Both the position numbers and the translations under genes were made by a program. This document shows, piece by piece, positions 24,501-38,500 of a DNA stretch of 64,000 nucleotides (within the stretch, counting starts at the first letter, position 1; every line of letters begins with the position of its first letter). The DNA lies in NCBI RefSeq assembly GCF_963921235.1, contig NC_086108.1, positions 79,982,001-80,046,000 on the forward strand, written 5' to 3'. The notes beneath the pieces are model-generated. The model did no database searches. It was not told the DNA's origin and was given only the letters and a program-made list of their open reading frames with translations. The stretch comes from Mobula hypostoma. Lineage: Eukaryota.

Positions 24501-27500
24501 TAATTCCATATTTTTGTTTAAGTTAGCGGAAAGGATGGGTTTAAACTGTGAACTTAAACCATGATTGAAATGACCCACTGGCCAGAAAAACCTTTTCAAA
24601 TTGTGTCCTTTTAGTAGCTTTGAAAACTGCAAACAAACAAAATGTGGACTGTCCCTATAATTATAGGATTGGCGAACTAAATTACAGTTATTTGCTATCT
24701 CCTGTTCTTCCAGCTGGACCACCCGGAATATCCAAACATAAGATTTGGCTGACACGGCATCTCGTCATACCCAAATGCCTTGGCAATATCCAATTTAAAA
24801 ACCAACAGAGGGATGAAAAGCTGCTTCTTTCTTCTAGTAGCTTTGTTCCTGCAACTACATGCTATTTTCCCAATGCTTAGTTTATGATGCCATTAAGACA
24901 AGTCCAGTTCCTCCTCTTTGTCTAACAGGCATTATTACATAACAAAACAGAAGCTCGCCCGGCCAAGCAAGCGCTCAAGGAATAAATTAACACAATAGTT
25001 AGACTCGCTTCTCAATGTTGTGCCTTTCCAAATTTAATCTCAAAGGAGAACATCATTTCCTTGCAGGGGATACAAACCTGGGGTTCACAGACCCCATTGT
25101 TTTGGTCCATGGCATAAAAAAGATTGGGATCCCCTGCTATGGTAATAGCACTGTGACACATATGCTTTAACTGAAAAAGCCACAAATCTTTGCCTAGAGA
25201 GCAAGCGGCCAGTTCCAGCATGTCATAACACCATAATATCCTTGAAGAACAAATTTCCTTCATCTCTTTAAATCCCTAACTATAATAACATTAACTCCTT
25301 GGCTTTGTAGAATCTAACCACCATTCAAGACCTCTGTCTTAATTTGATAAATGCCCACTAACCCCGACTCCAGCTCTGAACTTTATCTGAAGTCCATTGA
25401 AAATAAAGGCAAACATCAAGATGAAAGAAAACCAGAGAAAAATTGCATGATTATGAAGATGTTCTCCCTACACAAAAATATAAGGAAACAGAAAATCTAT
25501 ATTCAGCAATAAAATGCAGGCATATTCTTTAACTTTCAATATACTGTATCCTTGTGGATGAAATGTATTCAGTGATGGAATGAGAGCCAGAGTATGGAGA
25601 GAAATGAGCATCTGGAAGAAACTCGCATCAAGTAACAGGAAGGGTAGGCAAAAGAGGAACAGTTTGCCGTTTAATATTCATAATTATAAATTATGTAAGG
25701 AATAACAGGTGCTTCTAGATGTTTCCAAGAAAAATGGTTATTTTGGAATGATTATCATGCTCTGATCTAGTCAAGGAAATGAGATGGTGTGTGCACAAAG
25801 TAATGGTTACCTGAGGATGTTTGGAAGCATTACAGTAATGTAATTGAGGGGTTGAAGCCCAAAGAATAAAGTTCTTAAGTAAATTTGGGTGATACATGTG
25901 GGTGGTTTCCATTCAGAATAGTTTTTTTTACTCATACTGATTCTCAAACTACATAGCCTGTGCAAAGAAGCCGCACTAAATGACAATCTCAAGCGTGTAG
26001 TCCACGCAATCTACATCTGTCAGACAAACACTGACTCATACTTCCAATTCATTTCCTTTGAAGAATGACTGTATCTTTAATAGGCATCTTCTGTTCTTTT
26101 GCTTACTCAAATATTTTATATCCAACTGAATAAAGGTTTTAGATAAACTCTTCTGTGATCCAATACTGTCTCGAATTCGCCTGACATTTTCAACACTTGG
26201 ATACAAACTCACCCTTATTCACTTCTGTGAATTTTGCTCTTACCTGGGGGACCTGAACAGTTTTTATTCTTTTAAATTATTTCACAATCTCAACTTCTAA
26301 GCATTACATTTTCAGTTGTGAGGAGAAATACATAGATCGTAGACTCCTTCCAAACGTCCCCATCACCTCACCAGTTGTCAGAGACTGTCATTATGTACAT
26401 GTCCTGTAATTTCTATCTTCCTTCCATTATCTCACCTCAATCCTCCTCACAAAGATATCACAATTTATACCTTGTACTCATATTGGTAACCACTGGACAA
26501 AGCATGAAAAGGCACAGCAAGGCTAAATACCATGACTTGGGTACTAGCACCATAATCTTTAGTATCACCATGAAAATCTCCGAAACCGTAAAACAACCAG
26601 CAGCTGAACAAACTGCTGTTAGCCAAGCAAACAGGGTTCAATACAAACATTACGTCCACCTGGTATGCAATCAGAAAGGAAGGAAATTGGCTTGTTGAAG
26701 ATGCAGTCTATTATTCAATCCATAAGAGTTCTGCTATTGTTTTAAAAAGCTACAATTTTGGGTGTTTTTGTAAAGTGGAATATGCTTCAACTCGCTTTTT
26801 GAGGGTAATTAACAGCACCGCCAACTGAGTTACAACAGCAGTGTTTTGATGTCAGCAAAGCCCTTGACAGCAATAATTACCTTGTATCTTTCTGCCAGCC
26901 ATTTTTACTCTCTTCCTTGATACATGGGCTACAAACAGATCTTTTCCCTTTCCCCTTTCCCCTTTTAACACATTCCAGTCAGGCACTTGAAGCAGATTTG
27001 ACTTCCCATTTCTGATTCACACAATTGGTTAAGTCAATGGTATCAATGTTAGAACGGAATACCAAAAAGTCTTCATCTAGTGATTTCTTTGGGATTTAGT
27101 GAGGTTGACACTCTAACCACAGCTGTGCTCAAGCCTCAGTGGCACTAAGCCAAGGTAAATACACAAGGTAGCATCTTTACTTTATCTACAGACAAATGAG
27201 ATGCACTGGGAAAAATCAAACTGAATTATTAGATTTTTTTTCATTCAGCTGATTGATGCTGAATCTGAATTCAGTTCTAAAATCTATTTCTTTGGGTTGA
27301 AATTCTGATTCATCCCCACACCCGTTCTTTATAACTGATAATATTAAAAAAAATTTTAAAACACAATTTTAGTAGTTTCTTCACTGACTTTTCTTTTTAT
27401 TTTCCACTGAATATACAAATGTTCATTAAATGGGCAAGCTTCATTACCATTCCAGTTCACAGAACAGCTGTCATAGTTGCACAGCAGAAGACCTGGGAGG

Positions 27501-30500
27501 TTGGTTCTGCCAAAAGTCCCATTCCTTCCTGCGGGTAAGCACTTAGCCTCTGCTCTGCACTTTCTCTGTACAGAAGACTGACAGAGGTTACCTGGCACCC
27601 TATCAATCCCTACACAGGACAGCAGTGCAGCAACCCTGCTATTTTTCTTGCCTGCCTCATTTTCTATGGATTTGTAGGTGGTTTGTTTTACACTGGAGCC
27701 ATACAATGAGATGAGATTCAACTCAAAACCAGTTCATTTCCAGACAAACAAAATTGGACCCAAACTCTCAAGTCAATAAGCACTTTGTACAAACAGTGAG
27801 AGGAAAATAGATAGTAACAACATTTCTCCGGGGATCAGCAATGACCTGATTCAATGTTCCTTTATCAAGGTAGATTTTTTTTCAAAACCCTCATGGCTTG
27901 AACGTATGCAAGTATTTTCATATATAATATATACATGTTATATTTAAGACCTAGCCTGTTGATTCTTGGGATTATTGTCCTCAATAGTCCCCCGTCCTAA
28001 GTTAGTTAAATTTGTGGATGGATCCCATGTCATCGGGATTTTAGTTTCTTCATAAAGATTCCTTGGGGCTCATGAAGGTCAGCCAATAGCGTAGTGGTTC
28101 ACACAACAGTTTACGGTACAGGTGACCCGAGTTATACTGCTTCAGCTGCCTGTAAGGAACTTGTATGTTCACCCCGTGACTGCGCCGGTTTCCTCCAGGT
28201 GCTCTGGTTTCCACCCACAGCCCAAAGACATACCAGTTGGAGGGTTAATTGGTCATTCTAAATTGTCCCGTGATTAGGCTAGGATTAAATCCAGGGGTTT
28301 CTGGGTGGCGTGGCTCGAGGGGCTGGAAGAGCCTATTTGATGCTGTCTCTCAATAAATAAATAAAGTACATCTCTTCTTCCCTCTCCAGTGGTTGTGCAG
28401 GACAATCCTGGTTCCATTTACAGATACGTGGAGGAGATGAAGCTGCATTTAAAGTACATTGATGGGTGGATTCAGCAACTTCCAAAGTCCTAATTCGTCA
28501 GCAAAGCCAGAAGTAATTTATAGCTAAACTGATTCCTGTTTTATTTTATGCAATTATCTGACTTTCAACAAGATTCCTGCTGCTTGCATGGGGGGGGGGG
28601 GCGGGGGGGGCGGTGGTGGAGAAAGAGCTTTAGGTTCTAACTTTTTTTGTCGCTCATTCTTTTGGGGTTCTTCTGTTTTTCGTGGATGTCTGCGAAGACA
28701 AGTAATTCTGATTTATATTGTATACATTCTCTGATAATACACGGAACCATTTAACAAATAAGCATGCAGTTCCTTATAGCTTGTTATCCTTACAGCCAGA
28801 CTGCTACTGTCTTTCACAATAGAGTTGCCATCAGAGTACACTTCGTATTCTTCCTTTCTGCACTGATCCAGTTTGAGCAGTAGCACCATGTAATACAGTT
28901 TACTTCAGTGCTGTACAGTTGGAAATTCATGGAGTCAAATGCAATCAAGTAAGTTCCTGGTCACCTTGTATCACTCCAGAAATGCACAACAGGCAGGACT
29001 GGGTACTAACCAAGATAAATCCCATAATTGTCATCTGTCCCTTAGGGTCCTACCAACTGTACTGATCTTGACTCCCAAAGCATGGGTACACTGACAGCCT
29101 GACACCCTAAGTTCTACGTCTCCACTAACAACACCAAACCATCCCCTACGTTGGTCTATGCCCCGATGTTTACCTGCTACCTGAATTATTCCACATCTGG
29201 CCCCAACCAACTCCAGTTCAAATCACAAACCACATCCCAAACAGGTTTCCAACTTATCTCACCCCCTACCTGACTCGACTGATGCAAGTCTTTCTGAAAT
29301 CTGGCCCTGTGACCAGAGTGGTCTTTGTAGAGCCATGCAACGACCAAGATAAGCCAATATTGATGAACCACAATTATAGCTGAAGTCTTTTGAAAGGGAC
29401 AGAAATTTGATTGATCAAGTAAAAGCTTATAATAATTGAAACACTTTGCCATAAACCTGTTATATTTAAAAGGGTTATACAAGAAAAGAAACAGTTGAAT
29501 CTTATTATACATATTAAGATGAAATGATGACACATACACTGGCAGTTTGGCCCAATGATTGGGTTCACTTGAGCAGTAGCCTTAATTTCACCAACCTATT
29601 CTGGTTACTGTATGCCCTTTTGCCACTTCCCTCCATATTTATCTAATTTTTCCCAGACGTTTACACAGTGCCTAGTCAATTGTGAGCTCTGATCCTCTAT
29701 CTAAAAAGATTTGTCCAACTGCTTGTTCTCAATCTCTTGCACTTAATCGCACACTGATGTTCCTTTCAGTGCAAAGTGGAGGCGAGTTCCTAGAAATTCA
29801 CCTTGGCCAGTAGCACCAGTCACACAATATAGTGAATCTGTAGAATTCTCTGCCCAATGAAACAGTGGAGGCTACCTCAGTATAAATACATTTAAGACAA
29901 GGTGGGATAGACTTTTGCATAGTAGGGGAATTAAGGGTTATGGGGAAAAAGCAGGTAGATGGAGCTGAGTTTACGGACAGATCAGCCATGATCTTATTGA
30001 ATGGCAGGGCAGGCTCGATGGGCCTGATGGCCGACTCCTGCTCCTATTTCTTATGTTCTTATATTTCTGAGTGGACTCTGCTTCTGAAGGAGTATATAAC
30101 ATGCAGCTGTCAATCATTATAGTGTCCTAGTAACCAAGGACAAATCTCTTCCATTGTCTATTTTTATTAATGCTGCTCTATTCTTTCACAATTTTAAACA
30201 CCTCTAGCTATGTGTAATTTCCTCTGCTCCAATGTAAACAGCAAGGGATGTTTAAGTGTTCCTTCATGTTTGCATTACTACACACCAGGCAATGAACCCC
30301 TGGTGTACTGCCAGAAATTAATTTAAAGAATTGGCAGCAATCTTGAAACATTATTAAGGAAACTGAAGGTATCGTAAGTTGTACGTTTGATTAGGAGTGT
30401 GATGTTGGCCTGCAACAGTTTTCAGAGAGAGCTACTTTAAAAAACAGGTGTCCGGTTTCTTTCCCTCTTCTTTCCAGTCCTGAAGAAGAGTTTCAGCCTG

Positions 30501-33500
30501 AAACATCAACTCTTTGTTTCTTTCAGTAGATGCCCTGCTAAATTCCTCCAGCATTTTGTGTGCATTACAAACTGGGTCTCCTTGAAGAACCCCCTAAGAC
30601 AACAATTTCTTCTCAAATACTTACCCGAAATGGTCACGTAAAACCTCAATAATCACCAGCTGTCTGTATGTAGCTATTGGGTGATACAACATTCTAACAC
30701 CCAAAACATGTGTAACAAATGAAATCGTGCATCAGCGGATAATTCACTCTCTCTGATAAGCAATCTAAAATTCATCACTGAAACTGATCATTCTGCAGTG
30801 GTGACACTGGTAGCTGAGAATTTTTTTTTTGTTAAGAGCCTTACTCAGTTTTTTCTTTTCCTTCTCTTCACAGTGAACAGGGAAAATAAACTACACCTGC
30901 TGAATCCTAATGTTCATGTTGCTGAGAAATGTTGTGGTTGAGTCAGGAATTCTATAAACGTTAGGTTAAAACAGCCAACTGGCAGATCTTTGTATCTCAG
31001 CTCAGCTGAAGCTTTCATTCAGCAATTCAACTTAAATAAAAGCAACAGAAAACATTTAACAAAAGTGTTACTTTATACAACACTGATTAGACTTCTAATA
31101 TGTTGTGATGAAGTCTCGATGTGGGGAAACTGCAGATGCTGCACATAATTGCTATTTTAGTGATTTGTATCATTATTTTGTTTTCTGTAGAAGCTGTTAA
31201 TTCTGCACTTGTCACAGGAGTAAATAGCTTGCATTTTCAGATTTCTAAACCTGTACTCAAATTTCTGCAGTACCACGACAATCTGATCTTGTCTTCAGAA
31301 CCTAAGATGCAGGGCAAAGTATCTTGAACCTTAGGGGACACTTTCACTCATCAGTGCAATTCTAAACCAAATATCCCAAGGGAAATATGCCTGCAAATCC
31401 CTCTATAAAGTGAAAGTATAATAAAATCAAGTGAACAATATTGAAATCAAAGCATCAATTATGAAGATTCAGTCTTTTTGTACAGTTAATACAAATGCCA
31501 ATGGTTACCCAAAACATATTCCATTCTTTGCTATGCTAATTTCTTAAATAACTTGACAATAACTTTATTACAGCAGAAAGCTGCCAGTGTAACAGAATGA
31601 GGAACAAGAAAAATCATATAACAGTTTAAGCATATTACCACAAGTCTGTGATATTTAAAAAGGGCTGTGCAAAAGAACAGAAAACAGAATCTTAATATAT
31701 ATATGAAGATCAAATGCAAGCAAAAGTCCCCTTCATTGTGGTCTTCAACTCCTCCCTACAAGTAACCATGCATGATTCCTTACATACAAAATGCAGAAAA
31801 CCGCTTGTTTCCAGGGGTTTTTGAATGCTGAACTATGTGGCAAGGGTTGAAGACAGAAGGGCAACTTTTCTACGGGGAAGTATTGAGCTGTCTGCTTTCC
31901 CTCGTTTCTCTCATACATCCTTACTGAGAGGAAAGATTATCAGGAATTTGTGGATGGGTGGAATTGTCAACTTGAATTTTCAACTAAATGCTCTGAGGGA
32001 AAACATTATTATTTACAAGAAGTGACACTGCTACCATATTTTCTAGACCAAACCCAATTGACTTCTACCTGTCCTAATCCAACCATAACCGCATACTATA
32101 AACTGCTAGAATTCAGATTTGGTTATCAAATTCCACCCCAAAGAGAAGAATCAGTAGAAATTCCAGTCCACCGTAAACCATATTCCAATTACTTGTGTCT
32201 TTCTTTAGTACTATTCCAGCTGACCACCACCACACTGTTACATTATCATTTCCCCAATAGCAATTTCATAATTGCTTTTGGCTTCCAAACTCCGAAGATC
32301 CTTGATACTAAACTGTATCAATTTCAAGCTATTTTATCACATTCCTGATTCATTACAGCAGTACAAGTGAAAACAAATTCAAATGCACTGTTCAAAAGAG
32401 AGCTGATTACAGAAAGGAAGGAGAGCGCAGGACCAGCGAGAGGGAGTGCAGGGCCTGGGAGAGGGTGCACAGGACCAGAGAGAGGGAGCGCAGGACCTGG
32501 CAGAGGGAGCGCAGGACCCGGGAGAGGGAGCGCAGGACCAGCGAGAGGGAGCGCAGGACCAGCGAGAGGGAGCGCAGGACCAGCGAGAGGGAGCGCAGGA
32601 CCCGGCAGAGGGAGCGCAGGACCCGGGAGAGGGAGCGCAGGACCCGGGAGAGGGAGTGCAGGACCCGGGAGAGGGTGCGCAGGACCCGGGAGAGGGAGCG
32701 CAGGACCCGGGAGAGGGAGTGCAGGACCCGGGAGAGGGTGCGCAGGACCTGGGAGAGACTGCAAGCAAATGGGGCTAACTTGATGACTCATATCAGCCAT
32801 TTTACACAATCAACTAGAGTCGAAGTTACTCCTGGAATATCAAAGCACGAGGCCTTTTGCACTCAGTGACAGCACCAGTACTGACTGTGATTCCTTAGAT
32901 TAGAATGACAAATGAGAGGAATTACCAAAGGAAAATCAACAAATAGTTCTGATGTATCAAAAAGTGTAAAATATACATTGTCATAAATGAGTCCCACTCC
33001 CTGGTAAATTGGCCAGCACTGTGTTATCACAGGTTGAATCCAGCAAGGCCATCAAGACTGTACCAGCTCTATGTAAGAGTATTCTGGCTCATTCACATTC
33101 ATGTCCTTTCCTCAGAGTCCTGCAAATTCTTTCAGATAGCTATCCAGTTCCCTGTTGAACACAATCGTATATGTTTCCACTCTTACCCTGTGGTTTCCAG
33201 ACCCTATCTGTATATGACTTTTTGTTCTTTTGCAAGCACCTTTGTTTCACGTCCCCTGTGTCTTTGTCTTACACCCTAAGGTCTCAGTCCACTGTGCTCA
33301 TTTTAACAGTGCCCACCTGACAAGAACATTCCAAGTGAGGCCAGTGTTTCATTCTTCCACTCTAGGTCTGTCATCCCCTCCTTCTCTCCCTCTTTTTGAC
33401 GCCTGGGGTTTTAGCAACATATTTGGTTCTACTCCTTGTGAGCACTTCCCAAATGTAATAATCATTTCCTCCAAGAGGACCACACCTTGTCGTGGTTTGG

Positions 33501-35455
33501 AGGCTTGCGTGCCTCAGTGACCCAGAGAGCTATGCTGGCTGGAGTCAGGGCTTTACGCTTTGGCTCTTGGTAGGGTCACCATGCCAAACTGGTCAAAGGG
33601 TAGAGGACAGATTAAGAGTAGTCCATCAACCCTTCAGGTTCAGGGTTAACAATCCTGACCGGTATAACTAAATTTTTACGGAAACAGCAAAGAAGAATCC
33701 TTCTACATCTGAGTGCGATGGTAGTCCTGTGTCCCTACCAGGGACTTGCACGACTGACAGTAGTGAAAACCAAGAGGAAGCTACTGACACGATGAAGGAA
33801 GCCCTGAACAGCATCAGAGATGGTGGACCTTCACCGCTGCCCTAAACACCAGCGTTGTAACAGGCAGTAAGTAATAATCGTTCGCTAAGATAAATCATAA
33901 GGCAGTTAAAAAAGTTCAAGAAATTTCTTTTCAGAATCCATTCATTATTCCTCAATTCATATTCATTGTCAATTTTTAATAACTTGTCTGGACAGTGAGG
34001 AAACCTGACAGAAGTTGATGAAATAAGGTGAGAGGCAGTTTGGATGCAGAACATAATTAAAAGCAGAGTTAGGGAGGGCCAACGTGGCCTATTTCTAAGC
34101 TGACCATTTGTGGAAATGGGACAGCTATCAAAATCTGCTGAGCTCACAAGCTCATGTGAAATGCAAACAGAGACTTGGACGGGCAAAGTGCAGCAAATAT
34201 TCCACAACGGGCTGGGGTGTCACGAGAAGCAGCCACTCTTCGTGCCAAAAGGCACACTTTAAACCTCAGCTTTATTCTCAGCACTGCCACCTTCACTCCC
34301 CGACGCAAGATTTCGACAATTTTTTTCCTACCACTGATGCTGCTCGACCCGCTGAGCTCCTCCAGCGGAATGTGTGTTGTTCCAGCTTCCGGCATCTGCC
34401 GCCTCTTGTGGCTCCGTGCATTATCTGCAGTTCGGCCTTAAGGAGGATGCAGTTCAAAAAACTACCACCTTCAACATTAGGCTGGGGGCTGGGCTGAATT
34501 GGCAGTGTAAAAGGAGGGAACTGGGGTCATGAGAGGAAGGCTACTGAAGCTCTTTTTTCGCAATGGGGTGTTGGCAGTAGGAATCTCCACAGCATTTCTA
34601 TCTGCTTAACTGACGCGGATAGCCCAAAAACGAACAGATTCCCCAAGGAACATTCAGACCAATGACCTTTCCTGAAGGATTAATTATCATAAACAGTGAA
34701 AGTTTGTTGAGGGATAATCTGGAGTTAATTACCATTCAAGTTATTGGAGGGTAATCAGGCCCATTCACTACATTACACTGGATTCAGTCACCACTCACCC
34801 CTCTTGGAGTTACAACTTTCCGAGTACATTTACACACCTCTCTCTCATACTGGGGTACAGAAAATTTGTTGCTGAAGTTACCCTAACATCACCATGCTCA
34901 GGCAATATCAATTCATAGAAGGGCTTTGATTTTAAAACTCTGCATCTATTTCAATTGGTGATTTAAAAAAAGCATGTCTCCGTTAATACAGCCGCATCCT
35001 GAAAGAGAGAGAGAGAAAAAATGACATGCCCTGCACTCAGGCTTTTCTTCCAATCATACCACGTACATGGCTAAGGCCACCTTCAAAGTGTTGTGGGTAG
35101 GATTAGCTGGATTACGGCTCCACTGAAAAGACCCATGCTGCTTTGGAGGAAGTCTCACTTTGGACTAGTTGAAAGAGACTTTTTTTTATACCTGTCCAAG
35201 CTACTCCTGCCTTCTATTATAAGAGGAAAGGGGGAGGGGAGAGGGAGACACAAGCCCCAAAGGCCCATAAGTGCTCTCCAGCCAAGTGCTGTCACAACAT
35301 GTATTGGTCAGAATGTTTTCTTTGTTTTACATCATTGTTCAGTCAGGACCTTTCCCAGAACCACCTTCTGCATGCTTTAATGGGTCCTAATATTGTGGAT
35401 GATGGGAGAGGGGTTGCAGAAGGTGGGGGGGTTAGAACAGGGAGTGAGAGTGTGG

Positions 35456-35522
<67 letters not shown>

Positions 35523-38500
35523 TGTACATGCACGTGTATTTGTGTGTGCGTGTGTATGTGTGTGTGTGTGAGAGAGAGAGAGAGGCCTGCAGGAGAAGCT
35601 TTGTTGAAAATAAATCTTTCCATTGCCTGAATCGAGTAGCAGATGTGTGCTCCACCCCAGGCCCAATAGGCTGGGCTCATCAAGCCTCCCCTGAATGAAT
35701 GCACGGCTTTGTCACCACTATGAATGTCCATCAGAGATGTTCTGTAACAAACAGGGGGAGAAAAAGAATTCTCTACAACAAAAGCTGGAGACCAAAGCCC
35801 CCACGTAAAAAAAAATAGACCAAGGAAAGTGGGTGGAGAAGAGAAGGTCGGGTCTGGGGAAGGTGGGGGAGGGGAGGACGTATTGATCATATTGAAAATG
35901 ATTAAGATCCTTATAAGATTAGGAAGAGAAGGGAAGGAAGGCATTGCGTAATTAAGGGTGGAGGAAAGTGCTGCCATCCAGTCCGTTTTACAAGCCCGAG
36001 CTCTCAAAATGATCTGGTTTTAGCCGATTCACACTTCGACCCTAGCTGGGTTGGGGACAGTGTGACCGAAAGAGGTACAGCTGGGAACTATTGAGCCCTG
36101 AGATTCCTGTCAGCCTTGACATAAATTTCCACTGGTGCTGGCATTTACGCAGTTGGCATTTCCATATGTATAGGCTTGCCTGTACTAATTATGCTAATCA
36201 TCTCCTCTGTTGGCTCCTGTGAAAAATGGCCACATTAAGCACTCCACTGCCTGTTAATGCGGCTTAATGTGTGGCTGAGATATACATTCATCCGGCTCTG
36301 AAAGGCAAAATTTTTCCACATTGCTGACTTCATTCATGGAAAAAAATGAATTTGTTGAACTCAGTTAAGTCCTCCATACTCAGGCAAGTGAAATGTTGCC
36401 TAAAATAAAATGTTACTGTTGATCTTTCTTTCCCATTATCTTTCTTTTTTAACAAGCTGCTCCAATAACTGAGGAAATATGCCTTAAAATAATTGCTTTA
36501 TGCCAGGCACTCTTATAGGTCTTCAAATAGCCAGGGCTATGTACTAGGAAGGAAAACACCGCTGCTATGCTCTATCCCCACATCCCCGTCCACCTTATCA
36601 CCTCAGCCACAGACCACCAGCTCACCCACCTCTGCCTCAAGCCAACTCACACACTCCTAGAAGTAGGCCAGGCCTTGCTTGAAGCCTGTCTTCCTTTCTA
36701 AACCCCACCCCCCACATGAGGTAAAAATTGTCAAGATTCAGAATAAAAGAGATCATTACAGGGAGTGAGGAGTTCTTTGAGAAGGCACACATCTTAAAAT
36801 GAAAACTTCCATTAAAAATAAACAGCCTTCAGGACAATTCGACAGCTACAACAAGTATCAGTCAGCGGCTGGCAAGTTTCACTGAAAATTCAGGACAAAT
36901 GTGGGAAGCATCTTCCTGCTTCTGGATGGACAGGGCTGATGCAGCTAAGAATGGGAGGCAGGGGGTGTGAAGAGAAGGATACGTCAAACAATCCAAGCAA
37001 TAACAGAGTTGTCGTCCCACCCACACACACACAGGCAGACAACAGTCTCAGTCAGAAGGCAACAGTTGACCTCAGGCAGACCAGCATGCAGCATCTTCCC
37101 AACATATACAGTGCTGTCCGGATTTCATTAGTGAACAGGACTCCTCCTATACGTGCAAGCAGCCACAAATACTGACACCATCTCTTACAGTGGTTCACGG
37201 CAACCCAATAGCTTCAAAATATTCTGCCCCTCCATCTTGAAATTATCTCACCTATGGACTCCTGTTCATCTCACACATGCAACCATATCTTCCAGCAGAT
37301 CAACCTAGCTCAAGAAGGTTGCACCAGCTGATGTTACCAACTTTACACATGTTGCCACAAAGACTGATAACCTAAACCTTGACACATGGCTTTTATGATC
37401 TAGTGCAGGGGTTCCCAACCAGACCCCTCGGACAATGGTAAGGGTCCGAGGTACAAAAAGGGTTGGGAACCCTTGATTCCAGTGTGAGATCCCAAGGCTG
37501 AGAGTTATGCTCATGTATTCTTTCCTTATTTATACTTTAGGTGACAGCAGAAAGCCGGCAATAACTGCTGAGAATACACCAATTGAGTAGCACCAATGCA
37601 AAGAAGTCCTTATATCATATTTTCTTACACACAGAAAGAGGCCATTTCAGCCCTCCAAGTCCATGCTGGCTCACAGAGGTACTCCCATTCCCCATTAATT
37701 TTTCCAGCTAACATAGTGCTTAGAACAACCACTTTACAGCCTCACTGATCACGCAGTGGGGTTTGATTCTCGCCGCTGTCTCTGAGGCGTTTGTATGTTC
37801 TCTCCTTGACCACGTCAGTTTCTTCCAGGAGCTCCAGCTTCCTCCCACATTCCAAAGACATACAGATAGGGTTGGAGAGACTTGGGCATGTAATGTTGGT
37901 GCCAGACATGTGGTGACACCTGCGAGCTGCCCCCTGCATAACTCCTAGACTGCATTGCTCATCAATGTTAAACGATGCGTTTCACCGTACGTTTCGCCGT
38001 GCGTGTGAGAAATAAATCAAAGCTTTATATAAATCGCAACCAAACCTTTGCATCAGCTCCCCAAGGTTCTGGCACTCACCTGGACACTGGGGACCATTTA
38101 CATTTGCCAACCTGCATGCCTTTGGGGTGTGTAAGAGAAAATCAAAGCAGCTGGGAGGAACAAATGCTGTCACAGGGAGAACCTACAAACTCAGCACAGA
38201 CTGCACCAGATGTCAGGACTGAAGTAACAGTTTAATTAGCTGTGCCACAGAGAAAACTACATACTTCCTTCCTTGCACCCTTAACTCCTGGTGGAGTCGT
38301 CGGGGCGCCGTCATGACAAGCTTTGCACCAGTCTGTTCCATCTGTCGCGGTTGTGTGCCAGAGCCTAGGTCACCGCAAATGTTTTCCCTGTCCATTCTCT
38401 AATGTTGCCCGTCCATCTTTTCCTCGGTCTACCTTGCCTTCTTTTCCCATCCACAGTTCCTTGTAGAACAGTCTTTGCAAGGCCACCAGATCTTGTTATG

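Noticed and set aside
25800..26260. CAG|GTAA junctions (near 25810 and 26243) as recursive splice sites in the giant intron
   Set aside because: No convincing polypyrimidine tract upstream; would need saw-tooth nascent RNA-seq evidence.
32324..32869. Five overlapping periodic ORFs (110-161 aa); superficial resemblance to a repeat array
   Set aside because: Products of a 21-bp minisatellite; no unique spacers, so not CRISPR, and no exon evidence.
35299..36007. ORFs with poly-HT / poly-CV tracts
   Set aside because: Translations of the TG/GA microsatellite.
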